This document shows, piece after piece, positions 1 to 8,923 of a stretch of DNA of 64,000 bases. This DNA is from Solirubrobacterales bacterium (lineage in GTDB: Bacteria > Actinomycetota > Thermoleophilia > Solirubrobacterales > 70-9), in assembly GCA_038206985.1 (NCBI GenBank), contig JBBRAH010000010.1:8908-72907 (forward strand), in the 5' to 3' direction. How positions within the stretch are numbered: position 1 is the first letter of the stretch; every line of letters begins with the position of its first letter. A program made the position numbers and the translations under genes. The notes beneath the pieces were generated by a model. It saw only the letters and a list, made by a program, of their open reading frames with translations. It ran no database searches and was not told the DNA's origin.

Positions 1-427
1 CGCCGAAGCCGCCGGCGCCGGACAGCTCCGAGCCCTCGAGCAGCGGGGTCTCGAAGAGGATCTCGGGATCGATCGGCTCAAGGATCGAGGAGCCGACCCC
101 GTAGTCGTGCTGCCACCAGTCGATCCCCTGGACTCCCACGGCGCCGATCGTGCCGACGATCGCGACCTGCGGATCCCCCAGGCCCCAGCGCAGTTTCTCC
201 TCGAAGCGCTCGTCGCGGATCTCGGTGTCCTCGTGGATCAGCACCAGCGCTTCGATCCGCGGGTCGGCCGCAGCCTCGTCCATGATCGCGTTGTAGGCGC
301 CGAAGATGCAAGTCTGATCGCGCCGGATGATCAGCCGTGGATCATCACCGACCGCGAGCCTGATTCCCTTCAGCGCGTAGCGCTCCCACTTGTCTTCGTC
401 GGCGATCGCCGCGCCGAACGCGATCAC
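1..427 (-). CDS. Glycosyltransferase-like protein (GT-A fold, Glyco_tranf_2_5-like). Only the N-terminal part is present; the gene runs off the left edge.
   Basis: Not in the ORF track because there is no stop in the window. My reverse-strand translation from GTG at 427 reads VIAFGAAIADEDKWERYALKGIRLAVGDDPRLIIRRDQTCIFGAYNAIMDEAAADPRIEALVLIHEDTEIRDERFEEKL... with high GC3. The GTG overlaps the TGA of the upstream gene (GTGA), suggesting an operon. The family call is from a remembered pattern only. Confidence 0.5.
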   Translation of the reverse strand, partial: MIAFGAAIADEDKWERYALKGIRLAVGDDPRLIIRRDQTCIFGAYNAIMDEAAADPRIEALVLIHEDTEIRDERFEEKLRWGLGDPQVAIVGTIGAVGVQGIDWWQHDYGVGSSILEPIDPEILFETPLLEGSELSGAGGFG

Positions 428-1707
428 TGCCCGCGATGGTGGTTGACGAAGCGCTCCGTCCGCTCGCCCCGGACCTTGTCGCGGTGCTGACGCTTGCTCC
501 TGGAGGCGGCCTCGCGGTGCCGAGTGCGGCGCTCGGCCAGCTGACGGATGCCGGGCAGGCGGCGCAGCTGCATCCAGGCACGAAACGGCAGCGACTCGTT
601 GATCCGGCGCAGGTTGGCCCTGGCCAGCGAGAGCTGGTGGTTGCGCTCCTCGAGCAGTTCGCGCTGTGTGTTGATCTCGCGCAAGAGGTTCTCGGTCGTG
701 ATCTCGGCCCGGCGCCGATCGAGGTCGGACTCGACGGCGGCCTGGCGCGTGCCGCGCGCGAGGTTGCCGACGGTCTTGCGCAGCGCCTCGACCTCGCGAT
801 CGGGCTCGCCGGCCGCGGCCTTCAGCTCTCCGGCGATCGTCTCCGTATTGATCGAGCCGTTGGCGCCGAGGCCATCGGCTCCGGCGAGCTCGAAGTTGCC
901 GATCAGGAAGTTCCCGGGGCGCTCGCGGCCGATCGGCGGAGCGCCGTCGGCGGGGACGCGACGCATGTAGCCGCGCGGGTTCTGGGTCAGCAGGTAGCGC
1001 TCCCGCCAGCGGTCGAGCTCGAATGGCGGCTCCTCGGCCAGCCAGGCATCGAGCGCCTCGCTCGGGCCGGGGATCGCGTCCTCGCGGACCGGGCGGCCAC
1101 CGAACCAACTGTCCTCGACGACGAGGTAGCAATTCGGGCTGACCAGGTCGGCGTAGGTGCGCAGCTCCTCGAGCACATGGTGTGCACGGTGGTCGGCGTC
1201 GAGGTCGATCATCGTCCGCTTGCCCTTCGCCGCGGCGCGAATGTGCGAGACGATCTCGGGGTCGGTCGAGCTTCCTTCGAGCAACTCGATCCGCGGGTTC
1301 TCCCGGACTCGGTCGTGCACGAAGGAGAGATCGACATCGACGGCGATCACCTTGCCGTCGATCCCGAGCATCTCCTGGATCGAGGCGAAAAGGGCGGCGC
1401 TGCCGCCGACGTAGACGCCGGTCTCGACGATCAGCTCCGGTTGCGTCTCGGCGATGATCTGCTGCAGGACGACCATGTCGGCGGGCGTCTTGACGAGGGG
1501 AACGCCAAGCCAGGTGGTCGTCGCGAACGTCTGCTCCTTGAGCTCGTGGAAGACGGTCGCGAACTCCCTGGCGGCCTGCTCCACCCGCTCTGGAGTTACC
1601 CCCTCTGGGATCTCGATCCGGGGGGAAGTCTCGGAGTTGCTCACGTGCCAGAGTTTGGCACAGGCCGCGTGATACGCACCGCTCTCGGTGGCGACCCATG
1701 CAAGCAT
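424..1707 (-). CDS. CmcI/cephalosporin-hydroxylase-family (rhamnosyl O-methyltransferase-type) SAM methyltransferase with a C-terminal coiled-coil and basic amphipathic tail
   Basis: ORF 424..1833. The core TWLGVPLVKTPADMVVLQQIIAETQPELIVETGVYVGGSAALFASI...VIAVDVDL...LLEGSSTDPEI...MIDLDADHRAHHVLEEL...YLVVEDS matches the CmcI fold pattern. The last ~130 aa are heptad-like and charged (EVEALRKTVGNLARG...ENLLREINTQRELLEERNHQLSLARANLRRINESLPFRAWMQLRRL). The start is uncertain: ATG at 1707 or GTG at 1644. Confidence 0.8.
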   Translation of the reverse strand: MLAWVATESGAYHAACAKLWHVSNSETSPRIEIPEGVTPERVEQAAREFATVFHELKEQTFATTTWLGVPLVKTPADMVVLQQIIAETQPELIVETGVYVGGSAALFASIQEMLGIDGKVIAVDVDLSFVHDRVRENPRIELLEGSSTDPEIVSHIRAAAKGKRTMIDLDADHRAHHVLEELRTYADLVSPNCYLVVEDSWFGGRPVREDAIPGPSEALDAWLAEEPPFELDRWRERYLLTQNPRGYMRRVPADGAPPIGRERPGNFLIGNFELAGADGLGANGSINTETIAGELKAAAGEPDREVEALRKTVGNLARGTRQAAVESDLDRRRAEITTENLLREINTQRELLEERNHQLSLARANLRRINESLPFRAWMQLRRLPGIRQLAERRTRHREAASRSKRQHRDKVRGERTERFVNHHRGQ

Positions 1708-1780
1708 TGAGCCCCGTGCAGCCCTCGCCGCAAGACCCGACCCTGCCGGACCGCCGCGGTCCCAACGGCGAATCGCGCAC

Positions 1781-2539
1781 GTGAAGCTCACCGGCGAACG
1801 GGTAATGACCGCCGAGGGCGGCTTCAACCCCACCTGGCAACGCCACGTCGCGGCCTACGCGCTGGCCGCCGATTACCTGCCCGCGGGGCGCCTGCTCGAT
1901 CTCGGTTGCGGGATCGGGCACAGCTACCACCTGCTCGCCCCGCGCGAGACCGTCGGCGTCGACATCGAGGCCGCGGTGCTCGAGGGCCAGGAGCGCGAGA
2001 CCATCGTCGCGGACATGCGCCGGCTCCCGTTCGCGGACGGGGAGTTCTCCTCGGTGCTGTCCGTGCAGTCGCTCGAGCATGTCCCCGATCCCGAGCGGGT
2101 CGTGGAAGAGGTGGCCCGGGTGCTCGGTGGTGATGGCATCGCGATGTTTGTCACGCCCAACCGGCTCACCCTCGGTCGCCCCGACGAGATCATCGATCCG
2201 TACCACTTCCGCGAGTTCGACTCGGGCGAGCTCGCCGCCCTCTGCGGCCGCCGCTTCGCCGACGTGCGCTCGTTGGGCCTGTTCGGCTCTCCCCGCTACA
2301 TGGAGATCTACAACGAGGAGCGGGCCAAGCTCGAGCGGTTGCTCGGCAGAGATCCGCTGCGGCTCCGGCGGCGGGTGCCCCTGAGGGCCAAGCAGTGGCT
2401 CTACGACACGATGCTCGAGCGGGCGCGCGGCAAGCCGGACCCGCGGGCAGCCGCGATCGAGGCCGGTGACTTTGAACTGCGCGAGTGCGACCTCGAGGCC
2501 GCGCTCGACGTGGTGGCGATATGCGGGCTGGTGGGCTGA
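1781..2539 (+). CDS. Class I SAM-dependent methyltransferase (Methyltransf_11-like)
   Basis: ORF 1688..2539. Motif I is LLDLGCGIGH, followed by ADMRRLPFADGEFSSVLSVQSLEHV and VARVLGGDGIAMF. I prefer GTG at 1781 (VKLTGERVMT...) because 1688 would overlap the divergent gene start. Confidence 0.8.
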   Translation: MKLTGERVMTAEGGFNPTWQRHVAAYALAADYLPAGRLLDLGCGIGHSYHLLAPRETVGVDIEAAVLEGQERETIVADMRRLPFADGEFSSVLSVQSLEHVPDPERVVEEVARVLGGDGIAMFVTPNRLTLGRPDEIIDPYHFREFDSGELAALCGRRFADVRSLGLFGSPRYMEIYNEERAKLERLLGRDPLRLRRRVPLRAKQWLYDTMLERARGKPDPRAAAIEAGDFELRECDLEAALDVVAICGLVG

Positions 2540-3450
2540 TGACGAGCATCGCTGCACCGGCCAGGCCGGTTGTCTGCGTATGGTGCGGCGAGCCGTTCGA
2601 TGCCGCCACCACCCGCCGCGGGCGGCTCACCTTCTGCGGCAGCTGTGGCGCAGCGATGACGGATCCGCCGCCGGACGCGGAGGAGCTGGCAGGGGCCTAC
2701 GGGGACTGGTATCGGCCCGCCGGCGAGCGGCGATTCTCCTTCGCCGGTGACGCGATCCTCGCTCGTACCCGGGGACTGCTCGCCTCGCGCATCGACGAGA
2801 TCGCCCCCTCCGGCCCGATCCTCGATGTCGGCGCGGGCGACGGCAGCCTCGTGGACGCGCTGCGCGCCCGGGGCCGCGAGACGGTCGGCCTCGAGCGCAA
2901 CCCGCTGCGAGACGACTTCCGCGATGTGCCCCTCGCGGAAGTCGAGGGTGAGTGGGCGGCGGTCGTCTTCTGGCACGCGCTCGAGCATCTGCCCGACCCT
3001 GGCGATGCGATCGCCCAGGCGACCCGCCTGCTGAAGCCGGGCGGCGTCGTCGCGATCGCCGTCCCCAACACGGCGAGCCTGCAGGCTGCGGTCTTCGGTG
3101 AGCGCTGGCTGCATCTCGATCTGCCGCGGCACCTCGTCCACCTCTCTGCCGGGTCGCTGCAGCAGGGCCTGCGGGAGCGCGGCCTCGTGGTCGAACGGGT
3201 CTCGCAGATGCGGGGCGGACAGCTCGTGATCGGCTGGCTGCAGGGCCTCGTCGGCGGCCTTCCCGGGCATCCTGACCTTTACCAGGCACTGCGCCGGAGC
3301 GGCGCGCGATCGGCCCAGCAGGGACGGTTGCGGCGCTGGCTCGCCGTCGCCGCCGGCGTTGCGCTGCTGCCAGTCGCGGCGCTCGCGGCGCTCGCAGAGA
3401 TCATCATCGGGCGTGGAGGAACCGTCTACATGGAGGCAAGGCTTGACTGA
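2539..3450 (+). CDS. SAM-dependent methyltransferase with N-terminal Cys4 zinc-ribbon
   Basis: ATG at 2539 overlaps the preceding TGA (TGATG). The N-terminus is CVWCGEPF...FCGSCG. The MTase motifs are ILDVGAGDGSLV, WHALEHLPDP and LLKPGGVVAI. The C-terminus is hydrophobic. Confidence 0.8.
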   Translation: MTSIAAPARPVVCVWCGEPFDAATTRRGRLTFCGSCGAAMTDPPPDAEELAGAYGDWYRPAGERRFSFAGDAILARTRGLLASRIDEIAPSGPILDVGAGDGSLVDALRARGRETVGLERNPLRDDFRDVPLAEVEGEWAAVVFWHALEHLPDPGDAIAQATRLLKPGGVVAIAVPNTASLQAAVFGERWLHLDLPRHLVHLSAGSLQQGLRERGLVVERVSQMRGGQLVIGWLQGLVGGLPGHPDLYQALRRSGARSAQQGRLRRWLAVAAGVALLPVAALAALAEIIIGRGGTVYMEARLD

Positions 3451-4243
3451 GGGGAACGTAGAAGCGACGGCCGCAGAGGGCGGCGCGGGAGTGCAGCCGG
3501 CGGCCGGCGAGCCGAAGGTGATCGTCGTGATGCCCGCTCGCCAGGCGGCAGCGACACTGCGGCAGACCGTCTCGGAGATCCCGCTCGAGCGAGTCGCCGA
3601 GATCATCCTCGTCGACGACTCCTCCACCGACGAGACGGTCGAGCTCGCCCGGGAGCTGCCGCTGGAGGTGCTCTGGCACCCGCACCAGGTCGGCTACGGC
3701 GGCAACCAGAAGACGTGCTACATGCAGGCCCTGCATCAGGGCGCCGACGTTGTCGTGATGCTGCATCCGGATGGCCAGTACGAGCCGGGCCTGATCCCCG
3801 ACATGATCCAGCCGATCATCGAGGGTCGCGCCGACCTCGTGCTCGGCTCGCGGCTCGCGGTGCCCGGGGCGGCGCTGGCCGCCGGGATGCCGAGGTGGAA
3901 GTGGGTCGCGAATCGGTTCCTGACCACGATCCAGAACCGGATCATGGGGACACATCTGACGGAGGCCCACACCGGGTACCGCGCCTACTCCCGCGATCTG
4001 CTGCTCACCGTTCCCTTCCTGCGCAACTCGCTGGACTTCAGCTTCGACTCCGAGTTGCTCTACCAGGCGGCCCATTTCGACTTCCGGATCGAGGAGGTCC
4101 CCGCGCGCTGCCGCTACTTCGAGGAGGCTTCCTCGGTCGGCTTCAAGACTGGAGTCGTCTACGGAACCAAGACCCTCTGGGCGGGGGCACGGCTGATCCT
4201 GCACCGGGCTCGGATCTGGCCCTCCCGCAAGTTCAAGCCCTAG
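3443..4243 (+). CDS. Glycosyltransferase family 2
   Basis: ORF 3359..4243. It reads VIVVMPARQAAATLRQTVSEIP...EIILVDDSSTDETVELA...VVMLHPDGQYEP...LVLGSR, the DPM1/GtrB-like GT2 pattern. The start is uncertain: TTG at 3443 overlaps the upstream stop, and GTG near 3491 is an alternative. Confidence 0.8.
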   Translation: MTEGNVEATAAEGGAGVQPAAGEPKVIVVMPARQAAATLRQTVSEIPLERVAEIILVDDSSTDETVELARELPLEVLWHPHQVGYGGNQKTCYMQALHQGADVVVMLHPDGQYEPGLIPDMIQPIIEGRADLVLGSRLAVPGAALAAGMPRWKWVANRFLTTIQNRIMGTHLTEAHTGYRAYSRDLLLTVPFLRNSLDFSFDSELLYQAAHFDFRIEEVPARCRYFEEASSVGFKTGVVYGTKTLWAGARLILHRARIWPSRKFKP

Positions 4244-6621
4244 CCGGCTGACCCCTGGCCGGCCCCGGATCCGCGCGGCACCAATTCGACCACTTCGAGT
4301 CCGCTCGGCGAGTCGGCCACCATCTTCAGGTCGAAACGCTTGCCGATCTCCTTCAGGGTCCACTCCTGGAGCGTCGCCAGCCCATTCGGGATCAGCGTGA
4401 CGCCGCCGGCTGCCTGCGCGAGGGGGTCGAGGTCCGGCTCGCGGCGGTAGAGCTCGAAGACATCCCGAGCGGCCGGATCGATCAGGATCAGCTCGCCCGG
4501 CTCGAGTCCGTCGACGTAGGCGCCCAGCGGGCCCAGATGGTCATCGGGGACGAAGCTGTCCTCCCACGGGTCCCCGAGCGGTACGGAGCTGCCACGCTCG
4601 GAACGGATCAGGATCTCCACGGCGAGATCGGCGCTCGTGAGTACCGAGCTCCGTGACTGGCCCGGCATCTGCTCCGCGAGCAGGCGCTCGCCCTCGGCGG
4701 CCGGAGCGCGCACCGGGGGCGGATCCCAGATCCGCTCCAGCGCCGCCGACAGTGATGCGCCTCCCGGGCGGGCGAAGGCGAGCGCCGACTGGTGTAGGCG
4801 GGTGTCGACCGAGGACGCCGCGACGGCGATCAGCAGCACCGACACGGTCAGGCTGAGCGCCCGGCCGGCCCGGCGGGCGCCGGCCGGGACCGCGAAGACG
4901 GGCCGCTCGATGAGCGTGAGCCAGAGCGCACCGAGGGTTAAGGCCGGCAGGCTGACGTAGGGAATGATGTGGTCTGCCGAGCGGTTGACGATGTAGCTGA
5001 ACAACGCGACCCCGAAGGCGGTCATGCCCGCAATCGCAACGAGCATCGTGCGCTCGCGCTCGACCACGTCGGGACGGCGCCACAGGAGCGTGCCGACGGC
5101 GGCCGCTGAGACCAGATACAACGCGCCGACGGCGAGCCCCGGCGACCATGGAGAGAAGTCGTAGGTGAGGTCGCCGATCTGGCCGAAGAGGAACTCGCGC
5201 AGCGTGTTCAGGTACCAGCCCCAGTCAGGCAGCTCGCCGGTCGCTGCCAGGGTGATCGCGGCGAGCAGTAGATGTGCGGTCAGACAGGCGGCGAGGAGTT
5301 GCAGACCCCAGCGCCGCAGCACGGCAGCACGCCGGCCCGCGGGTGCTGCCACGACACCGATGGCGATCACGGCGAACACCGTCAGCAGCGTGTAGGCCAA
5401 CGCCTCCAGGGCCCAGATCGACGCCACGGCAACGGTCAGCAACTGCAGCAGTCGGGCGGGAGCGGCCGCACGCGGCCAGCGGGACTCGGCGACGGCCCCC
5501 GCCACGACCCCGATCGGCAGGCCGAAGCGGAAGGCACCGTGCTGGAGCAACCCGCCAAGCGGGTACTGCAGCCCGTAGACGAGTGCAATCACGGCGACGA
5601 GCATCGCCGAGCCTGCCAACAGCCTCGAGACGCCCGCGATCCGCATCACGGCCCAGGCCCCGATGAACATCAGCGCCGAGAGCACGCCCTCGACGAGCGC
5701 GAGGCTCGCGTTGCTGATCGGGATCAAGTTGAACACGCCGGCGAGGAAGTAGATCGAGCCGACGCCGTACTGCGAAAGCGTGTCGACGAGCATCGCGTCC
5801 CCATGCAGGATCTGGTTGGCGGGCCCGAGGAAGAAGTTCTGATGGAACTGAATGATCGATGTCTCGACCGCCGCGTCGATGCCGCGCTCCCCCGAGGCGA
5901 AGACGGCCAGGTTCGGGATTGCGAGCAGCAGCATCACGACCACCGCGCTGTCTGCAATGGGGCTGAGGCGACGGGGGGCCGACGGGATCGCGAAGCGCTC
6001 CCGGGCAACCAGCAGGCTTGCCACCAGGAGCAGGCCGAGCAGGAGCAGCGGCCAGGAGATCGAGGTGAGGCTCGCGAACGCCAGCGCGGAGCCCCCGGCA
6101 ACGAGGGCAGCGAGCGCCCACAGTGGTCCCGCCTTGGGCGCGAGCCGGATCGCGCCATTCCAGCCCTGCGGAGCCGCGGCCCGGCGTAACAGCAGCGCGG
6201 CCGAAACGAGCCAGACAGCGGCGCCGATGCCCAGCCCCAGGCCCCCTGAGATCGCGCGGGCCACGAGCAGGACGAGCACGAGCGCCGCGGTCAGAGCCGC
6301 CACCAGCGGGGAGAGCGCTTCGCGGTTGGGCCCGGCGGCGATCCGGTCTGTCACGGTCGCGCCGACGCGCATCCCGAGCGGTAGGAGGATCGCGAAGGCG
6401 ACCACGAACAACAACGTCTCCGCGTCCTGATGGTGATCGGGGAGCGGCTCCGGGAGTTTGGTGATCGGCACGATCGTGTGCAGGATCGGAGCGATCAGCA
6501 TGAAGGCGCCGAGCGCGAGCAGGCTGCTCAACGCGATCACCATCGCGACCGGTGCCGCGCCGCGATCGGCTGCCGGCCCCCCCGGCACATCAGCCGCCTG
6601 TCTGCTTTCCGCGCTCGCCAT
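4240..6621 (-). CDS. Large polytopic integral membrane protein (~793 aa) with a C-terminal soluble domain. Function unknown, possibly a GT-C-like glycan-modifying enzyme.
   Basis: ORF 4240..6873, with ATG at 6621 (MASAESRQ...) chosen. More than a dozen hydrophobic segments are followed by a ~170 aa non-membrane C-terminus (SSVLTSADLAVEILIRSERGSS...LILIDPAARDVFELY). Its stop codon shares CTAG with the convergent GT2 stop. I recognise no motif. Confidence 0.7.
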   Translation of the reverse strand: MASAESRQAADVPGGPAADRGAAPVAMVIALSSLLALGAFMLIAPILHTIVPITKLPEPLPDHHQDAETLLFVVAFAILLPLGMRVGATVTDRIAAGPNREALSPLVAALTAALVLVLLVARAISGGLGLGIGAAVWLVSAALLLRRAAAPQGWNGAIRLAPKAGPLWALAALVAGGSALAFASLTSISWPLLLLGLLLVASLLVARERFAIPSAPRRLSPIADSAVVVMLLLAIPNLAVFASGERGIDAAVETSIIQFHQNFFLGPANQILHGDAMLVDTLSQYGVGSIYFLAGVFNLIPISNASLALVEGVLSALMFIGAWAVMRIAGVSRLLAGSAMLVAVIALVYGLQYPLGGLLQHGAFRFGLPIGVVAGAVAESRWPRAAAPARLLQLLTVAVASIWALEALAYTLLTVFAVIAIGVVAAPAGRRAAVLRRWGLQLLAACLTAHLLLAAITLAATGELPDWGWYLNTLREFLFGQIGDLTYDFSPWSPGLAVGALYLVSAAAVGTLLWRRPDVVERERTMLVAIAGMTAFGVALFSYIVNRSADHIIPYVSLPALTLGALWLTLIERPVFAVPAGARRAGRALSLTVSVLLIAVAASSVDTRLHQSALAFARPGGASLSAALERIWDPPPVRAPAAEGERLLAEQMPGQSRSSVLTSADLAVEILIRSERGSSVPLGDPWEDSFVPDDHLGPLGAYVDGLEPGELILIDPAARDVFELYRREPDLDPLAQAAGGVTLIPNGLATLQEWTLKEIGKRFDLKMVADSPSGLEVVELVPRGSGAGQGSAG

Positions 6622-6835
6622 GGGTTCTGTGCCGCGTCCCCGCTGCGGCAGTGCTGGCGAGGTTACAGAGGGGCCCTGCCGGGGAAGGCCGGGAGTCGGG
6701 ACCCCTGTCCATACAATCGCCGCGGTGTCGATCAAGAGTTCATTCGCACTCCGCGCGCGTCGCCTGCTGGGCCCCGCGGCTCGCAGCGGGCCCCTGGCCG
6801 GGCTCGCGGCACGCCGGCCCTCGGTGCCCCGGCGG

Positions 6836-7615
6836 ATGTACCTGGACCTGCTCGAGCGGGCGGTCACCCACACCCTCTACTTCCCGCCCGACAAGCGCGA
6901 GCTGCCCGCGAACGTCCAGGAGTCGTTCGAGCATGAGTTCGAGAAGGCGGGGATCACCGAGCTGGGCGGTCTCAGCGACGTGCGGCGCCGCAACGAGGGC
7001 CGCGACTGGCCCGTCTACGCGCAGACGATGGTCGGCCGCAAGCGGATCCATAACGTACGGATGCTGACCGAGCGGGTGATCTCCGAGCGGGTCCCGGGCG
7101 ATCTGATCGAGGCCGGATGCTGGCGCGGCGGCACGGTGATCATGATGCGCGGCGTCCTCGCGGCCCACGGGGACCGCGAGCGGACCGTCTGGGCCGCCGA
7201 CTCTTTCGAGGGTCTGCCGGCTCCCAACCCCGAACAGTTCCCAGCCGACTTGGCCGACATCAACTACACGGCAGATGAGCTCAAGGTGCCGATCGAGGAG
7301 GTGCGGGCCAATCTCGAGCGCTACGGGCTCGACCACGGGGTCGAGTTCCTCGAAGGCTGGTTCCGCGACACGTTGCCGACGGTCCGCGACAAGCAGTGGG
7401 CCCTCGTCCGGCTCGACGGGGACCTCTACGAATCGACGATGGACGGACTGGTCAACCTCTACCCCCAGCTCTCGCCCGGCGGCTACCTGATCATCGACGA
7501 CTTTGGCTGGGAGAACTGCCGCCAGGCCGTCGAGGACTACCGCGCCGAACACGGCATCGATGAGCCGATCGAGCGCATCGACTGGGTCGGCGCCTGGTGG
7601 CGCAAAGCCGCCTGA
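6836..7615 (+). CDS. TylF/MycF-family (macrocin-type) sugar O-methyltransferase
   Basis: ORF 6458..7615, with ATG at 6836. MYLDLLERAVTH...YAQTMVGRKRIHNV...GDLIEAGCWRGGTVIMM...VWAADSFEGLP...VRLDGDLYEST...L.PGGYLIIDDF is the TylF signature. Confidence 0.85.
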   Translation: MYLDLLERAVTHTLYFPPDKRELPANVQESFEHEFEKAGITELGGLSDVRRRNEGRDWPVYAQTMVGRKRIHNVRMLTERVISERVPGDLIEAGCWRGGTVIMMRGVLAAHGDRERTVWAADSFEGLPAPNPEQFPADLADINYTADELKVPIEEVRANLERYGLDHGVEFLEGWFRDTLPTVRDKQWALVRLDGDLYESTMDGLVNLYPQLSPGGYLIIDDFGWENCRQAVEDYRAEHGIDEPIERIDWVGAWWRKAA

Positions 7616-7666
7616 GGTGGGCCGCCCCGAGCCCTGGCGGCTCCGGCCTCACCTATCCTGACCCGA

Positions 7667-8923
7667 ATGAAACGTGACCTTGCAATCGAGGTGCGGGGAC
7701 TCAGCAAGCGGTTCCACGTCCGCGGTCGCCGCGCGCCCGCAAGCCTGCGCAGCCGGCTCCGCAATCCGCTCGGGCGCACTCCGGGCCGCTCGCTCGAGGT
7801 CTTCCACGACCTCAGCTTCGACGTCGAGCGCGGGGAGTTCTTTGGGATCGTGGGCCGCAACGGTTCCGGCAAGAGCACGCTGCTGAAGCTACTGGCGAGC
7901 GTCTATCCGGCCGACAGCGGCACGATCCGGGTCGCCGGCCGGTTGGCCCCGTTCCTCGAGCTCGGGGTGGGCTTCAACCCCAAGCTGACCGCTCGCGACA
8001 ACGTCGTTCTCAACGGCGTGATGATGGGATTGTCGCCCGCTGAAGCGCGGCGCCGGTTCGACAGCGTGATCGAGTTCGCGGGTCTGCGCGACTACGTCGA
8101 CCTACCGATCAAGAACTACTCCTCGGGCATGAAGGTCCGGCTCGGGTTCGCCGTGATGACGCACGTGGACGCCGATGTGCTGCTGATCGACGAGGTACTG
8201 GCAGTCGGTGACGCCGAGTTCCAGGAGCGCTGTGGCGAGGCTTTCGAGGACATGCACCGCGAGGGGCGCACGATCCTGCTCGTCACGCACAACATGCCGA
8301 CCGTCACGCAGTACTGCGAGCGGGCACTGCTGCTGCACGACGGCGAGATCCACACGATCGGGGCTCCCGACCTCGTCGCGGAGCACTACTACGACGTCAA
8401 TCTCTCAGAGATGCTGGGTCGCCCCGACCACAAGCTGCCGGAGATGTCCTCGAAGATAGTCGCGGCGATCGGTGACCCGTTCGCCCGCATCGACGATGGC
8501 TGGATCGCCGACGAGCATGGCGAGCGGATCGACCGGATCCGAGCCGGAGCGGAACTCAACCTGCACGCCACGGTGAAGGTCGAGCGCGACTACCCGGACC
8601 CCACCTTTCGCTTTCAGATCGCCAGCAGCGACGGCCGCGTTGTCTTCACCAGCGACCTGGCGTCCCTGTCGGAGACCGGCAGCGCGGGCGCCGGCGAGGT
8701 GATCGAGCTGAAGGCGACCGTCGAGAACCGCCTGCCGCCCGGTCGCTACACGATCGTCAGCGACATTTTCACCGGCGAGGGGACCCCGGCGGGACCGACG
8801 CGAATGACCCGGCTCGAGGTCGAGGGTGAGAGACGCGGTAGCTCGATGCTGCTCGATCACAAGATCAGCGCCTCCACGCGGAGCGCGCCCGTCGCGCCCG
8901 TCGCGCCCGAGGGAGGCCGATGA
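7667..8923 (+). CDS. wzt: Polysaccharide ABC exporter ATP-binding protein (Wzt/TagH type) with a C-terminal Wzt_C-like beta-sandwich extension
   Basis: Walker A is GIVGRNGSGKSTLL, the signature is YSSGMKVRLGFA, and Walker B is LLIDEVLAVGD. An extra domain of ~170 aa follows the NBD (RIDDGWIADEHGERIDRIRAGAELNLHATVKVERDYPDPTFRFQIASSDGRVVF...LPPGRYTIVSDIF). Confidence 0.9.
   Translation: MKRDLAIEVRGLSKRFHVRGRRAPASLRSRLRNPLGRTPGRSLEVFHDLSFDVERGEFFGIVGRNGSGKSTLLKLLASVYPADSGTIRVAGRLAPFLELGVGFNPKLTARDNVVLNGVMMGLSPAEARRRFDSVIEFAGLRDYVDLPIKNYSSGMKVRLGFAVMTHVDADVLLIDEVLAVGDAEFQERCGEAFEDMHREGRTILLVTHNMPTVTQYCERALLLHDGEIHTIGAPDLVAEHYYDVNLSEMLGRPDHKLPEMSSKIVAAIGDPFARIDDGWIADEHGERIDRIRAGAELNLHATVKVERDYPDPTFRFQIASSDGRVVFTSDLASLSETGSAGAGEVIELKATVENRLPPGRYTIVSDIFTGEGTPAGPTRMTRLEVEGERRGSSMLLDHKISASTRSAPVAPVAPEGGR

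Noticed and set aside
436-1710. 424-aa plus-strand ORF
   Set aside because: It is antisense to the CmcI-type methyltransferase, whose translation carries clear family motifs. The plus-strand product has no motifs and a shadow-ORF composition.
1688-1780. Upstream GTG start (1688) for the class I methyltransferase, as given by the ORF track
   Set aside because: It would overlap the divergent CmcI gene start region and would add an Ala/Pro/Arg-rich extension with no coding character. GTG at 1781 (VKLTGER...) fits better.
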